A DNA stretch of 64,000 nt, from positions 55,244,001-55,308,000 of the forward strand of contig NC_058368.1 in assembly GCF_018350175.1 (NCBI RefSeq). The letters are read 5' to 3'. Position numbers and translations under genes: made by a program. Shown piece by piece: positions 53,208 to 64,000 of this stretch; position 1 is the first letter of the stretch, and each line of letters starts with the position of its first letter. This stretch comes from Felis catus (lineage: Eukaryota). The notes under the pieces are model-generated. The model was not told the origin of the DNA, did no database searches, and saw nothing but the letters and a program-made list of their open reading frames with translations.

Positions 53208-53963
53208 ATGTCTTCATCTTGTGGCACCTTGGAGGTGGTAATCTGGTCTAGGATGAAGCTGAACATTTCTTTCCCAGCTACAGCCTTCCAGAAACTTATT
53301 GAAGTGGATGATGAACTCAAAATTTATACATTTTATGGAAGTATATGGCCACAGAAGTTGCTGCTGATGCTCTGGGTAAAGAATGGAAGGGTTATGAGGT
53401 CTGAATCAGTGATGGCAATGACAAACAAGACTTCTCCATGAAGCAGGGTATCTAGACCCATGGCCATGTCCACCTGCTGCTGAGTAAGGTGCATTCCTGC
53501 TACTGACCAAGGAGGCCTGGACAAAGAAAGCACAAATCTGCTTGGGGTTGCATTGTGGATGCCAATCTCAGTGCTCTCAATTTGGTCGTTGTTAAAAGGG
53601 GAGAAAAAGAATCTGCAAACTTTTCAATCTAAGATGATGTCTGCCAATATGTTGTAAGAAAGCCCCCAAATAAAGATAAGAAGCCTACAACCAAGCACCC
53701 AAAATTCAGCGTATTGTTACTCCATGTAACATCCGTGTGTTGCTCTGAAGAAACAATGTACTAAGAAAAATAAGGAAGAGACTGCAGAATATGCTAAACC
53801 TTTGGGCAAGAGAATGAAGGAGGCCAAAGAAAAACACCAGGAACAGATTGGCAAGAGACAAAGGCTGTCCTGTCTGAGAGCTTCCACCTCTGAGTCTGAG
53901 TTCAGTGGGGGAGGAAAGATTTTCTAAGGGTAACAAATAAAATCAGACATCCAAAAAAAAAAA
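53208..53963 (+). pseudogene. RPS6: Processed pseudogene of 40S ribosomal protein S6 (eS6)
   Basis: ATG at 53253 gives MKLNISFPATAFQKLIEVDDE; later pieces read [28 protein letters not shown] and [16 protein letters not shown]. Intronless, with frameshifts, stops and an internal deletion; AATAAA and poly(A) at ~53936-53965; TSD aagcccacgc (53198-53207 and 53964-53973). Confidence 0.98.
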
Positions 53964-54514
53964 AAGCCCACGCCAGTTATATTCTTCAAATCATAATTAG
54001 CATCACATTCAAAAGTTTGGAAAAGATTTAAATGATGATATCTAATGTAAACAAAAATTATCACAGTAACATATGAGTTCAATTTATTCTCATCTGTATA
54101 AAATCCCATAATACTGCAATGCCACTTCGTAGTATATAACTTAAATGAGTGAACCAAGCTAAGCAGAAGGGCATTATCTCATTTTCAGTGTTTACATTTG
54201 TTACAAGGGCAATGTAGTCTGGCATTATTTGGGAAGTAAAGTAACTGAATAAAATAGAAAATAATTTTCAAATATGCCAGAAATAACAATAATTTTTCAA
54301 AATATTCTATAATGATATAATTGCTGGCTTCAAACTAGGGTACTAAAAACATGTTGAAGGTTCTCAGAGAAATGCACATTTTAAAATAAATTCATATGCA
54401 TATAAAATATTAAAGAACAGTTATAAAAAAAACATGGCTAATAAGAATATTCATCTTAATGCTTCAAGGTGTCTTGATGTGTTTTTTAACCTTTGGCTTT
54501 GAAATTCCTGATAT

Positions 54515-54710
54515 TAATTCCTAACTTCATTCTGCCATGTTATCAGTGTGATCAAAAGAAGGTATTTACTACCTCCATGAGAAAACTAGGGGACTAAATC
54601 GCTTCCACTGAATATGGCTGTCATGTGGTTTAAATGAGTTCAAATACATGACAAGCTTAGGAAAATGCCTGGTACACAGTAGCCATTCAACAAATGTTAG
54701 CTGTTATTAT
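54515..54710 (+). mobile_element. MIR fragment
   Basis: aatgcctggtacacagtagccattcaacaaatgttagctgttatta tail. Confidence 0.65.
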
Positions 54711-57098
54711 TTATTTATAAAAAAGTAACATAGAAGAAAAAAGTGGCTCTCCTGAAGATGCATTCAAAAGCAAATTTATTTCGATAAAATCATACAACTG
54801 CTATTTGCAGGTTTTATTTGAACAAAAAAACAGGCATTACGGTTAGAAAAAATTATATATGCGATATTTGCTTTTCCCTTTGCAAGTAATTACAATATGC
54901 CAAAAATATTATATCTTCCTCTTAGAGTACCCTTCCTACATCCATCCCTACACCTAGCACCAGACAAAATATGCTTCAATACTAATGTTCACCGGGGATT
55001 GGAGTATTATTCCATTAGTTTATTTTCTGAAATACTCTTCATTTTCCAAGTTCTGTAACTACAGGAAAAACAACACGAAAAAGAGGTGGTTCAAATCTTC
55101 TACTGAATGATTAGTCGACAACTAATTTTATTTTTCAGTTAACTAAACTTGAGAACAGTAAAATTCTTCTATGACTATTAAAAAAAGAAAGAAAATAAAA
55201 CACTGCTCTTTTAAGGCAACCATAATTAATTCACTTGAAAACATCATAATATTATTTCAAAGAATCATGAACACTTGGCTTTAAAAAGTAAATTTGATCA
55301 TGATATTTTGATATTCTCTGTTATCCAAGATTTGGAATTTTGACTAAAATAAACTTCTATTCATTCATAAGACTCATAATAATATAAAACACCTATTCTT
55401 ATGAGCAATATATGATCTAAACTTAAAAGTAATTTCTAAACTATATCTCAAAATGATAATATTTATAAACATTATAATTAAAATTAGTATGTAAAAATTC
55501 AAAAATCTTGAATATTAGCTTTTCTTTTTTAATGCTTTTTTTTTCTATCTATAGTAAAATAGTATGGTAATGTTAAACTCAGCAGGTTGTGAAGGATCTA
55601 CTTATTGAAAACTATATAGAGATTTTTCCCAAATTATGAGCTGGGTACTTCCTTTGCAGTTACATGCTGAAGAGTGTCTGAATGACATTTGTCATTTCTT
55701 TCAAAATATGTTCATTGTACATATAATTTAGTCACATTGTTTCAACTTAGTAAATTGCACTATGTACATGATTTTCTGTTTTCATTGATTATAAAATGTT
55801 AAACTATATCCAATTCACTTTAAGTTCCCTACTAAAACTACAGCTCATTGTCTCAGATACTTTTCTTATTTGAGTTTTATTTTATAAGAGTTTCTGTAGC
55901 AACTTAGCACTTATAAAAAAGAAAGGCTTTGCATTTATAGGGAACTGACAACCCATTGCTGGAAATTATGTTCTACTTGTCATTGCAAAGAATCTCAGGG
56001 GTTTCTCTTTTTCAATATTTTAATGCTATATATTTTAATTTGGGATGCTTTATTTAGATGACTCTCAATTTCTCAGTAATTGTGGAATCTTCTCTAGAAG
56101 TAAAATAAACAAATAAATAATAACCCCAGAAAATAACACTCTAGAATAATTTCCCTTTTTCTTTTGAATACTTTTGTTAACTAGAGATTCTTTTTACCTT
56201 CTTGAAAAACACATGTTCAATCATGTAAATGGGAAACAATCAATAGATGTTTATTCCAATTAAATTTATTGGAAGGACTTTGTATTTGGAAGCAGGAAAC
56301 ATGAGTCAAATACTGTCTTTGTACTAATAGCTCTATATATTTAGGAAAAATCTATATCCTTAATTTTTCTTCACTTATGAAGTCAAATTTGGGATAATTT
56401 CATTTTATATTTATTCAGCCATAATTTATTGATGTCCAGCTATGTTCCATTAAATGTTCTGGATGTTGTAGACATAGCACTAAACAAAACAAAATACTTG
56501 TTCTCAAAAATCTTAATCCATTAGTGGGATAGGAGTAGAGACGGACCAAATAAACAAAATCAAAAAGGAAATGGATATAATAGATAAGAATCAACATATT
56601 AGATGATAAAATTTATTTGAAAATAATAATAGAAAAAAATATGGAGGGAACATTGGGTGGAGAGGAGTGGTCCACATTTCTTTGTTGTAAAAAATTATAA
56701 GAAAATTATATGTGAAAATCTTACAAATTCTAAAGCAGTAAACAAATATTGAGTTTTGTAACTATAGATATATGATTACATTATACATTCCACAGTTTAA
56801 AGAAAGATATTAATAAAGGTATAGGGACTTTATTCTCAGCTTATCTAGTTTAATCATAGCTGGGAGCTAAGTAAATAAAAAGAAGCTCATTTCCTGCCTC
56901 CTACCCCACAAAACATTGAGATTGCAAAATATTATTTCTTCAGCTAAGGACATGAAACATATAAACACTATGGGGCAAATTTCTAGAATTTGAAGTAAGT
57001 TATAGAGGAATGAATATTGGAAGAAAACAAAGCTAAATTAAGAAATGAAGAAACTCATAAGAAGCTGTATACAGATGTATGATTAAATGAATAGAAGA

Positions 57099-57300
57099 GG
57101 GGCAGGTGGGTGGCTCAGTCAGTTAATCATTCCACTGTTGATATTCGCTCAGGTCATGATCTCGCTGTTCATGAGATTGAGCCCTGCCTGGGGCTTTGTG
57201 CTGACAGCGTAGAGTCTGCTTGGGATTCTTTCTTTCCCTCTCTCTTTGCCCCTTTCCCACTTGCTCTCTCTCTCAAAATAAATAAATAAACATTAAAACA
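57099..57300 (+). mobile_element. CanSINE
   Basis: Head, CT tract and tail; imperfect TSD aatgaa(t/c)agaaga. Confidence 0.94.
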
Positions 57301-57414
57301 ATTAATGAACAGAAGAAAATACCATAACTAAAGAGAAACTAAGAGGCAGAAGAACACATGTTACATAGAGAAAAAGGACAGAGTAACACAATGTTGAGAT
57401 CCTTACCTGGTCAT

Positions 57415-57418
<4 letters not shown>

Positions 57419-57466
<48 letters not shown>
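57419..57466. repeat. (TG)24 microsatellite
   Basis: Read directly from the sequence. Confidence 0.95.
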
Positions 57467-57469
<3 letters not shown>

Positions 57470-58434
57470 ATACCTAAAAATTTTACATTATCCATGTAAA
57501 CTGGAGTTTTTAGTAATTAATTTAATCACTGGAAAAGAAGTATTGTATTTTTTTAACTAGAATGTTTTTCTTGATATGCTTAAGGACTCTATTGTTTCTA
57601 TATCTGATTAAAGATTAATTAACTTATGAAAACTGTTTTCAAGCTGAGAAATATTTATGAATTTCCTAGCTATAAATATGTTTCACGTATAAATTATGCC
57701 TTAATTTATGAATGTGTTTTATAGAACATTAGAAAAGCTAAATTCTATAATAACTGAAAAATTTCTGTTTATGTTGTTCTTTATTGTTGTTTTTTTTCCT
57801 TCAGTTATCTGTCTAATGCTATAACTATATACTTACAAAGACTTGTTTTAAAATTTGAGAAAGTTCAATACTAGGGTGTAGAATTTACAAGGACATGTCA
57901 GTCATCTTTATTGTAAGATTTGACAATTTTGTAAGTGACGTGGATATGTCTTCTCAAGTTTATAAACAGATTACTTCATTAAGTTAAGGCCAACAAAGCC
58001 AAATTACAAAGCAAATTATTCTCCATAAAGAAATAAAGGAAGCCATTATGAACATTAAAAATATAGCTTTAATTAATTTATGTGTTTGGTCACAGAAGGC
58101 AGAGCTTGAAATGAGAGAAAATATGGCACAGACTTTAATAAGATTTAGTAGATTTGAAGAATAATTGCTGAGAACTGAGTGGAAGTACCAATGATAAATT
58201 AAGGGTGTTAGGATCCTGAGATTTAAGTTAAATTTGAGAGTTTCTAGGAATGAAAATGAGATTTCATCTACTTTTTAGTTTTATTTAATCTAGGTCCTAT
58301 TTTTAATTATTACGTTTTTACTTGCCAAAACAAAACAAAACAAAACAAAACAAAACCATGCATTCAATGTTCTATGTGGACTAGATGATTTTGGAACTTA
58401 ATCCAGTGTATTTTAGCTAATCAAAGCTATAGTT

Positions 58435-58650
58435 TCACCTGGGATTCAAATACTGGTCCTGCATCTTACCTGGGCTACCTTGGGCAAGTTAGAGATATTC
58501 ACTGTGCCTCTATTTCCTAACTTATTGAATGAGTATGATAATAGTACCTGTCTCTTAAGGTTGTTGTAATAATTCCATGAGCTCATCTATGTAAGATACT
58601 TGTAGCAGTATTGGGCTTATCTTGAGTACTCAGTGAACAGTAACTGTAAG
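58435..58650 (+). mobile_element. MIR
   Basis: Core ccttgggcaagtt...ctgtgcctctatttcct...gataatagtacct. Confidence 0.75.
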
Positions 58651-59907
58651 ATGTTCTGTTCATACCTAGGAAGCTCCAAAAAGCATTTGGATTCATACTC
58701 TGTTACTTTACTGAAGTAAGATTCTTAAAATTGACAATGATTTTTTACATCTATCTCTTTTATTCTATTCTGTCAATAATATCACTTTAGTACCCTATTA
58801 CATCATGTCTAGAAATCCATATGAAAGTGCCAATGTTTGAACATTTGCGTCCTCAGAAACAACAATTTAAAATGATGCAATCTATGAGTGACTCTAATTC
58901 TTCATTCTGGCTTCAACTCCCAGCTTCCCTGTTCAATCTTCCTATTACATTGCTGCCACATTAATATTCTTTAAGTAAAATTTCATCCTGTTATTATTCT
59001 ACCCAAACTCCCAGAGATACCCAGGTGTCTACTGATATGTTAAAAACTTATTTGAATGTGGAACAGGATTCTCTAGAATTTATCCTAAATTTAAATTTTC
59101 AAGTGTATGCTAAACTATTACTATTATTGTAATTCATGTTCCTTTTGCTCTGGGCAGCCTCTATTACTCCTTCACTTTTTCCTCTGTCTGCTGGATTCCC
59201 AGGAATATTTATTAATCTCAGGGACCCAATTCAAAAGAGAAGTTTTTTTTTTTAATGAATTTGGATCGATGCTATCTCGTTTCATGATATGCTTTTCAGT
59301 GTATTCCTTCCTCACAATGACTTGACAATTGGCTTGCCATTGCAAGTTATGAGAAGAGATATTGGGAAGAACATACATGCAAATAGTACCTTTACCTAAC
59401 ATTTAGGGATGGACACTCTCCAAAACTTTTTCACCAAGAACTCTCAAAATCTTGTCACCTAGGACACATTTCAGTCCATTTAGGCTTTCACTGATTCCTG
59501 AATATTGTATAATGTTAATAGATAACACAGATATTAAATTCCTATAAATCGTATGTATGAGATGTCTAAATAAAACATATAGCTGTCCTATGACAAAAGT
59601 GTTATAAAATTTTACTTAGTGGACTGATACATACAGAAGGCAATGAAGAATATTACTAACCATGACAGTTTCTAAATGGATAATGAAATAGAACAACTCT
59701 CTAAGGCAGCCAGATGCAGATACTAGCCTCTTATATTAGATTCTTTCTATTCTCCCACACTAATTCTATTACTATCACTATATTTAGTCTTGCTAATACT
59801 CTCTGTTCTCTGACTATGCCAATGTTCTCTATAATTTCAGATATTTCACTTTTCACAGTTATTTATCTCAAATCTCTTCTTGTGACTTATAAAAATCCTA
59901 CCCTCTA

Positions 59908-60127
59908 GGGGCTCCTGGGAGGCTCAGTTGGTTAAGCATCTGATTCTTGGTTTCAGCTCAGGTCATGATCTCACAGTTTGTGAGTTCAAACCCCTGGGGG
60001 CTCTGCGCTGTCAGCCCAGAGCCTACTTAGGATTCTCTCTGTCTCTCTGTCTCTCTCTCTTTCTGTACTGCTCCCCACTCCCCCCCCCCCACACACTCTC
60101 AAAATAAATAAGTAAACTTTAAAAAAA
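59908..60127 (+). mobile_element. CanSINE
   Basis: ggggctcctgggaggctcagttggttaagc head and A tail. Confidence 0.95.
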
Positions 60128-61480
60128 CTCTTACTCACTTTTAAGGCCAATAAAGGATCTGTAACACAAGAGCAATGCTTTCAGACTCAAAAATTTCCTG
60201 TTTAGAATAATAAATTATATAATGACAATGAATAAAATAATATGGAAATTGCAGTAGTATTTGCTATTCATCAGAGTTTATATAAATTCCAAGTTCCCAT
60301 AATCTCATTATTCTTGAGTACAGTGAAATTATGTTATTTTTAAATTAGTAAATAATTGACTTTTTACTTGCATGGAAGTCAATTTGTTTTTGTTTTATAA
60401 TTTCAAGTCACGAATCTGATACTGCAAATCATTATAAATTATTAAAAATACAAAAAAGCTCTTAATTAACTTATATATTATAATCTCTTCTGTACCTTTT
60501 TAGAATTTACCTACAGACTACAGAGTCTAACATGAGTTATATGACTAATAGAAAATATTGTTAAACAAAGGGTAAATGAAAATATTTTTAATGGTTGTCA
60601 TTTTCACTATTATATATTTTTACTATATAATACTATATAATGTTATATACTATATAATTATAATTATAATTTTTACTATTATAATTACTAACTGATAATA
60701 AAACAGAGATTGTAAGAGATACAAAAATATTAGAAAGACAAATCCAAATTGTGTGTTATGTTAAAAAAAATAATTATGCAATTAAAAAAAGGACACTCTA
60801 GTTGACCCAACAAGTCAAAACTGTGGGTGATAATCTATTATGTGTAGGATACAACTGTAGCCAAATAGTTCTTCAAACCCTGTGTTGAAGCATTCATTTT
60901 ATGAAATGAATCTTAGATACTTTTACCTTCCCAGTATTCATTCTTCACCTTTCTGGAAAAAGCATGACAAAAAAAAAAAAAAAAAAAAAAACTGGAAAAT
61001 GAGATTTTTCTCATAGACACAATCTTCCTAGAACAACAATAGTTAATTAACTGCCTTCCTTACTGCTTCTGTTTGGCCCAAGTTATATTAGTCATATGTC
61101 AGTAATATTAGTTCTCATGAAATCTGAATTCTAAGCAATAACGTAAAGACAGAAAATAGATGCCTCTGCATACTCTAAAGAAATTCTCCACTAATGCTTG
61201 TTAATTAGACCCTACTGATGCCTTGGTTATTGCCATTTCTTCTATAATGCTCTTCAAATTACCCTCAAATTCTTTGAGGTATTACACATCCTTTCAATAA
61301 ATTCCTCATTTTCTTATGTTAATAGAGCACACTTCTGTCACTTGTCATTGAGGGATCCAAATTAGTATACCATAAAACAGATGTTTATCATCTGGCAAAA
61401 TAGTCTAATAGGTGATTTCACACATTGCCTTTATACTCTAAATGGTTAACTAGACAATTCAGTAAGTAATCTAAATAGGC

Positions 61481-61701
61481 TTTTTTAAAAAAAGTTTATT
61501 TGTTTTGAGAGAGAGTGAGAGAGCAAGTGGGGGAGGGGCAGACAGAAGAGGGAGAAAGAGAGAATCCCAAGCAGGCTCAAGCAGGCTCCGCACCGTCAGC
61601 GCAAAGTCAAATGTAGGACTCGAATTCACAAACCGTGAGATCGTGACCTAAGCAGAAACCAAGAGTCGGACACTTAGCCAACTGAGCCACCTAGGCGCCC
61701 C
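61481..61701 (-). mobile_element. CanSINE with an internal 10-bp duplication (caagcaggct x2)
   Basis: Full element in reverse orientation. Confidence 0.95.
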
Positions 61702-61714
61702 TAAGTAGACATTT

Positions 61715-61945
61715 TAATGTGGTAGTTAAGAGCATGGCCTCAAGTCAGACTGTCTGATTTTGAATCATGGATTAACCACTTACTAACTGTATGACCCAAG
61801 CCTCACATGTCAGTGTCTCAATTTTCTTAAAACTCTAACAAGGATAATAATACTTTCTAAAGCTATTTTGAGGAGAAAGTATGCTAGTAGATTTGAAGTT
61901 CCTTAAAGAGAGCCTGAACATTGTAAGTGGCTAATAAATGATAAT
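61715..61945 (+). mobile_element. MIR
   Basis: gtagttaagagcatgg, ccacttactaactgtatgacc and aataaatgata motifs. Confidence 0.75.
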
Positions 61946-62910
61946 GGTCTTTTAAAAAATCATTGTACAGAATGCAAGCACATATCTATTGTCGAAGGTG
62001 TTTCAGTCTCATTATGGTAAGGTCACACTGATCTACCCATACAAGGTAGATCTTAAGCCTTCAAGAAAATGAAGGCAATGGTCCAGCCCTGGAATTCAAC
62101 ATTCTTGACCTTCTGCATTAATGCAAAATACCACTAGTTGCATATTATCAGATGTAAACAAAAACTGTGATAAAATCTAGGCGATATGAATAAGAACCAT
62201 AATTTCCCCACAGAGTTCTTTAGGAAGAGCTTGACAATTCTGTAAGGAGCAGAGTGTATTTCTTTTGAAACATACACACATAAATTTTCTTCTTATAATT
62301 TTCAACAGTACATCTGGGATGAAAGTAAACATAATTCAGTTGCTCCTTAACAGTACTGTAATTCTATTTCATTCGAGACAGAGATGCAAAATATATTTGA
62401 TGTTTCCTAATCATACTTTTCATAGGAAATACAAATCTTTCACTTAATGAAAAAAATGCCAAAGTAATAATATTACAGAATTTTGATACTGTATAATATG
62501 CTCATAACTTGCTAAATTAGAATTATTTGTTATTCATGTGTTTTCATGGAAATAAGATGAACTCTAACTGAAAAAAGCATGTGCTTAATTTGTTGCAAGG
62601 ATATTGTAGGTGACAAATTGTAACTAAAATTTCTGAAATGTTCATAGTATAAAATAAAAAGTCTCCAATATTTATTTTGTTCTATATGTGTCAACATGAT
62701 TTTATCTTGTAAACTTGAGAGATTAACATTGTTGTTTAGTTGAAATTAAATTACACTTAAAATGAAAATCTGTGAAGTTTAAATTAGCTATAGTAGTTGC
62801 AATGTTTATTCAAAAGTGGCTGGAGAGAGCTCTGTTTTCCACTATAGAGAATTATTACCTTTTATTTGACAAACTTCCTTCTGAAAAAAGCCAAGATATT
62901 AACCACATAT

Positions 62911-62954
<44 letters not shown>

Positions 62955-63668
62955 CACATGGTCCCTGATTTACAACAGTTCACTTAAGATTTATTTTTAA
63001 GTTTATTTATTTATTTTGAGAGAGAGAAAGAGAGAGGGGGGTGGGGAATGAGCAGGGGAGGGGGAGAGAGAAAGAGAGAGAATCCCAAGCAAGCTCTGCA
63101 CTGTCAGCAAGGAGCCTGACACGGGGCTCAAACAAAGAGTCAGATCATGACCTGAGCTGAAACCAAGAGTCAGATAGTTCGATGGAACCACCCAGGTACC
63201 TCTGACATATGAGTTTTTAACTTACAATCCTAAAAAACCGACACACATTCAATAGAAACCATACTTTTAATATTGAATTTTGTCTTTCCCTGGACTAGCA
63301 ATATGTGGTAAATATTCTCTCATGATACCTGGCAGCAGCAGGAAACCACAGCTTCCAGTCAGTCACATGAGCGTAAACAACCCATATACTTAACAACCAT
63401 TCTGTATGCATACAGCCAAGCTGGTTTTCACTTTGAGTACAGTGTTCAATAAATTACACAAGATCTTCAACACTATATTATAAAACAGGCTTTGTGTTAG
63501 ATGATGTTGCGCAGCTATAGGTTAATGTAATTGTTCTGAGCACATTTAAATTAGGTTGGGCTAAGCTATAATGTTCCATAGAGTAAATGCATTTCTGACT
63601 TATGATATTTTCAATTTACACTGTGTTTATTGGGACATAACCTCATCATAAGTCAAATATTATCTATC
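62955..63668. mobile_element. Non-autonomous TcMar-Tigger DNA transposon (MER47/Tigger5-like), interrupted by a SINE
   Basis: Decayed inverted ends cacatggtccctgatttac and cataagtcaaatattatcta; internal aggctttgtgttagatgat and gggctaagctata motifs. Confidence 0.82.
62990..63200 (-). mobile_element. CanSINE
   Basis: Full element in reverse orientation inside the DNA transposon. Confidence 0.94.
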
Positions 63669-63698
63669 TATCATCCATCTATCTATCATCTATCTATC

Positions 63699-63745
<47 letters not shown>
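63661..63745. repeat. (TCTA)n/(TCA) compound microsatellite
   Basis: Read directly from the sequence. Confidence 0.92.
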
Positions 63746-63881
63746 CTTGAAGTTATTTAGAGATACAAACAAACTTTGACAGATTTGGGAATGAAATTAT
63801 GAAGAGATAAGCATTAAATTTAAAGCCACCTTTTATCTTAAAGCAAATCAAAAGTGGTGGTTAAGAATCTGTGGAACTGAT

Positions 63882-64000
63882 GGGGCGCCTGGGTGGCTCA
63901 GTCGGTTGAGCGTCCGACTTCGGCTCAGGTCATGATCTCGCAGTCCATGAGTTTGAGTTCCACCACGGGCTCTGTGCTGACAGCTCAGAGCCTGGAGCCG
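63882..64000 (+). mobile_element. CanSINE cut by the window edge
   Basis: ggggcgcctgggtggctcagtcggttgagcgtccg head. Confidence 0.96.

Noticed and set aside
2293..63191. Many short ORFs sharing peptides such as AQSVKRPTSAQVMIS and GAPGWRSRLSVRLQPGHDL, resembling a gene family
   Set aside because: All are translations of CanSINE copies, not genes.

Overview
AT-rich mammalian genomic DNA, almost certainly from a felid (cat family), judged by about 26 CanSINE/SINEC_Fc tRNA-derived SINEs, including very young cat-type copies with intact CpGs and clean target-site duplications (TSDs). I found no intact protein-coding gene, RNA gene or convincing exon, so the window looks like gene desert or deep intron. 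It holds two decayed processed pseudogenes. An RNF167 retrocopy (~14478-15305) has lost its RING domain and sits between an L1 5' segment and an L1 3' end. An RPS6 retrocopy (~53208-53963) retains a poly(A) tail and TSD. There is also an ancient two-LTR ERVL-type provirus (~5597-9611, minus strand) with protease and RNase H relics but no RT core. It is nested inside an old L1 and itself carries an MLT1A LTR. The rest is solo LTRs (MLT2, MER31-like, two copies of one ERVL-type family, and a probable ERVK-type LTR with six forkhead motifs), L1/L2/MIR fragments, a MER47/Tigger5-like DNA transposon, microsatellites and small tandem duplications. I see no evidence for a genuinely new biological system; the findings concern retrotransposition architecture. 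Repeat subfamily names come from memory of consensus sequences and need RepeatMasker/Dfam confirmation.
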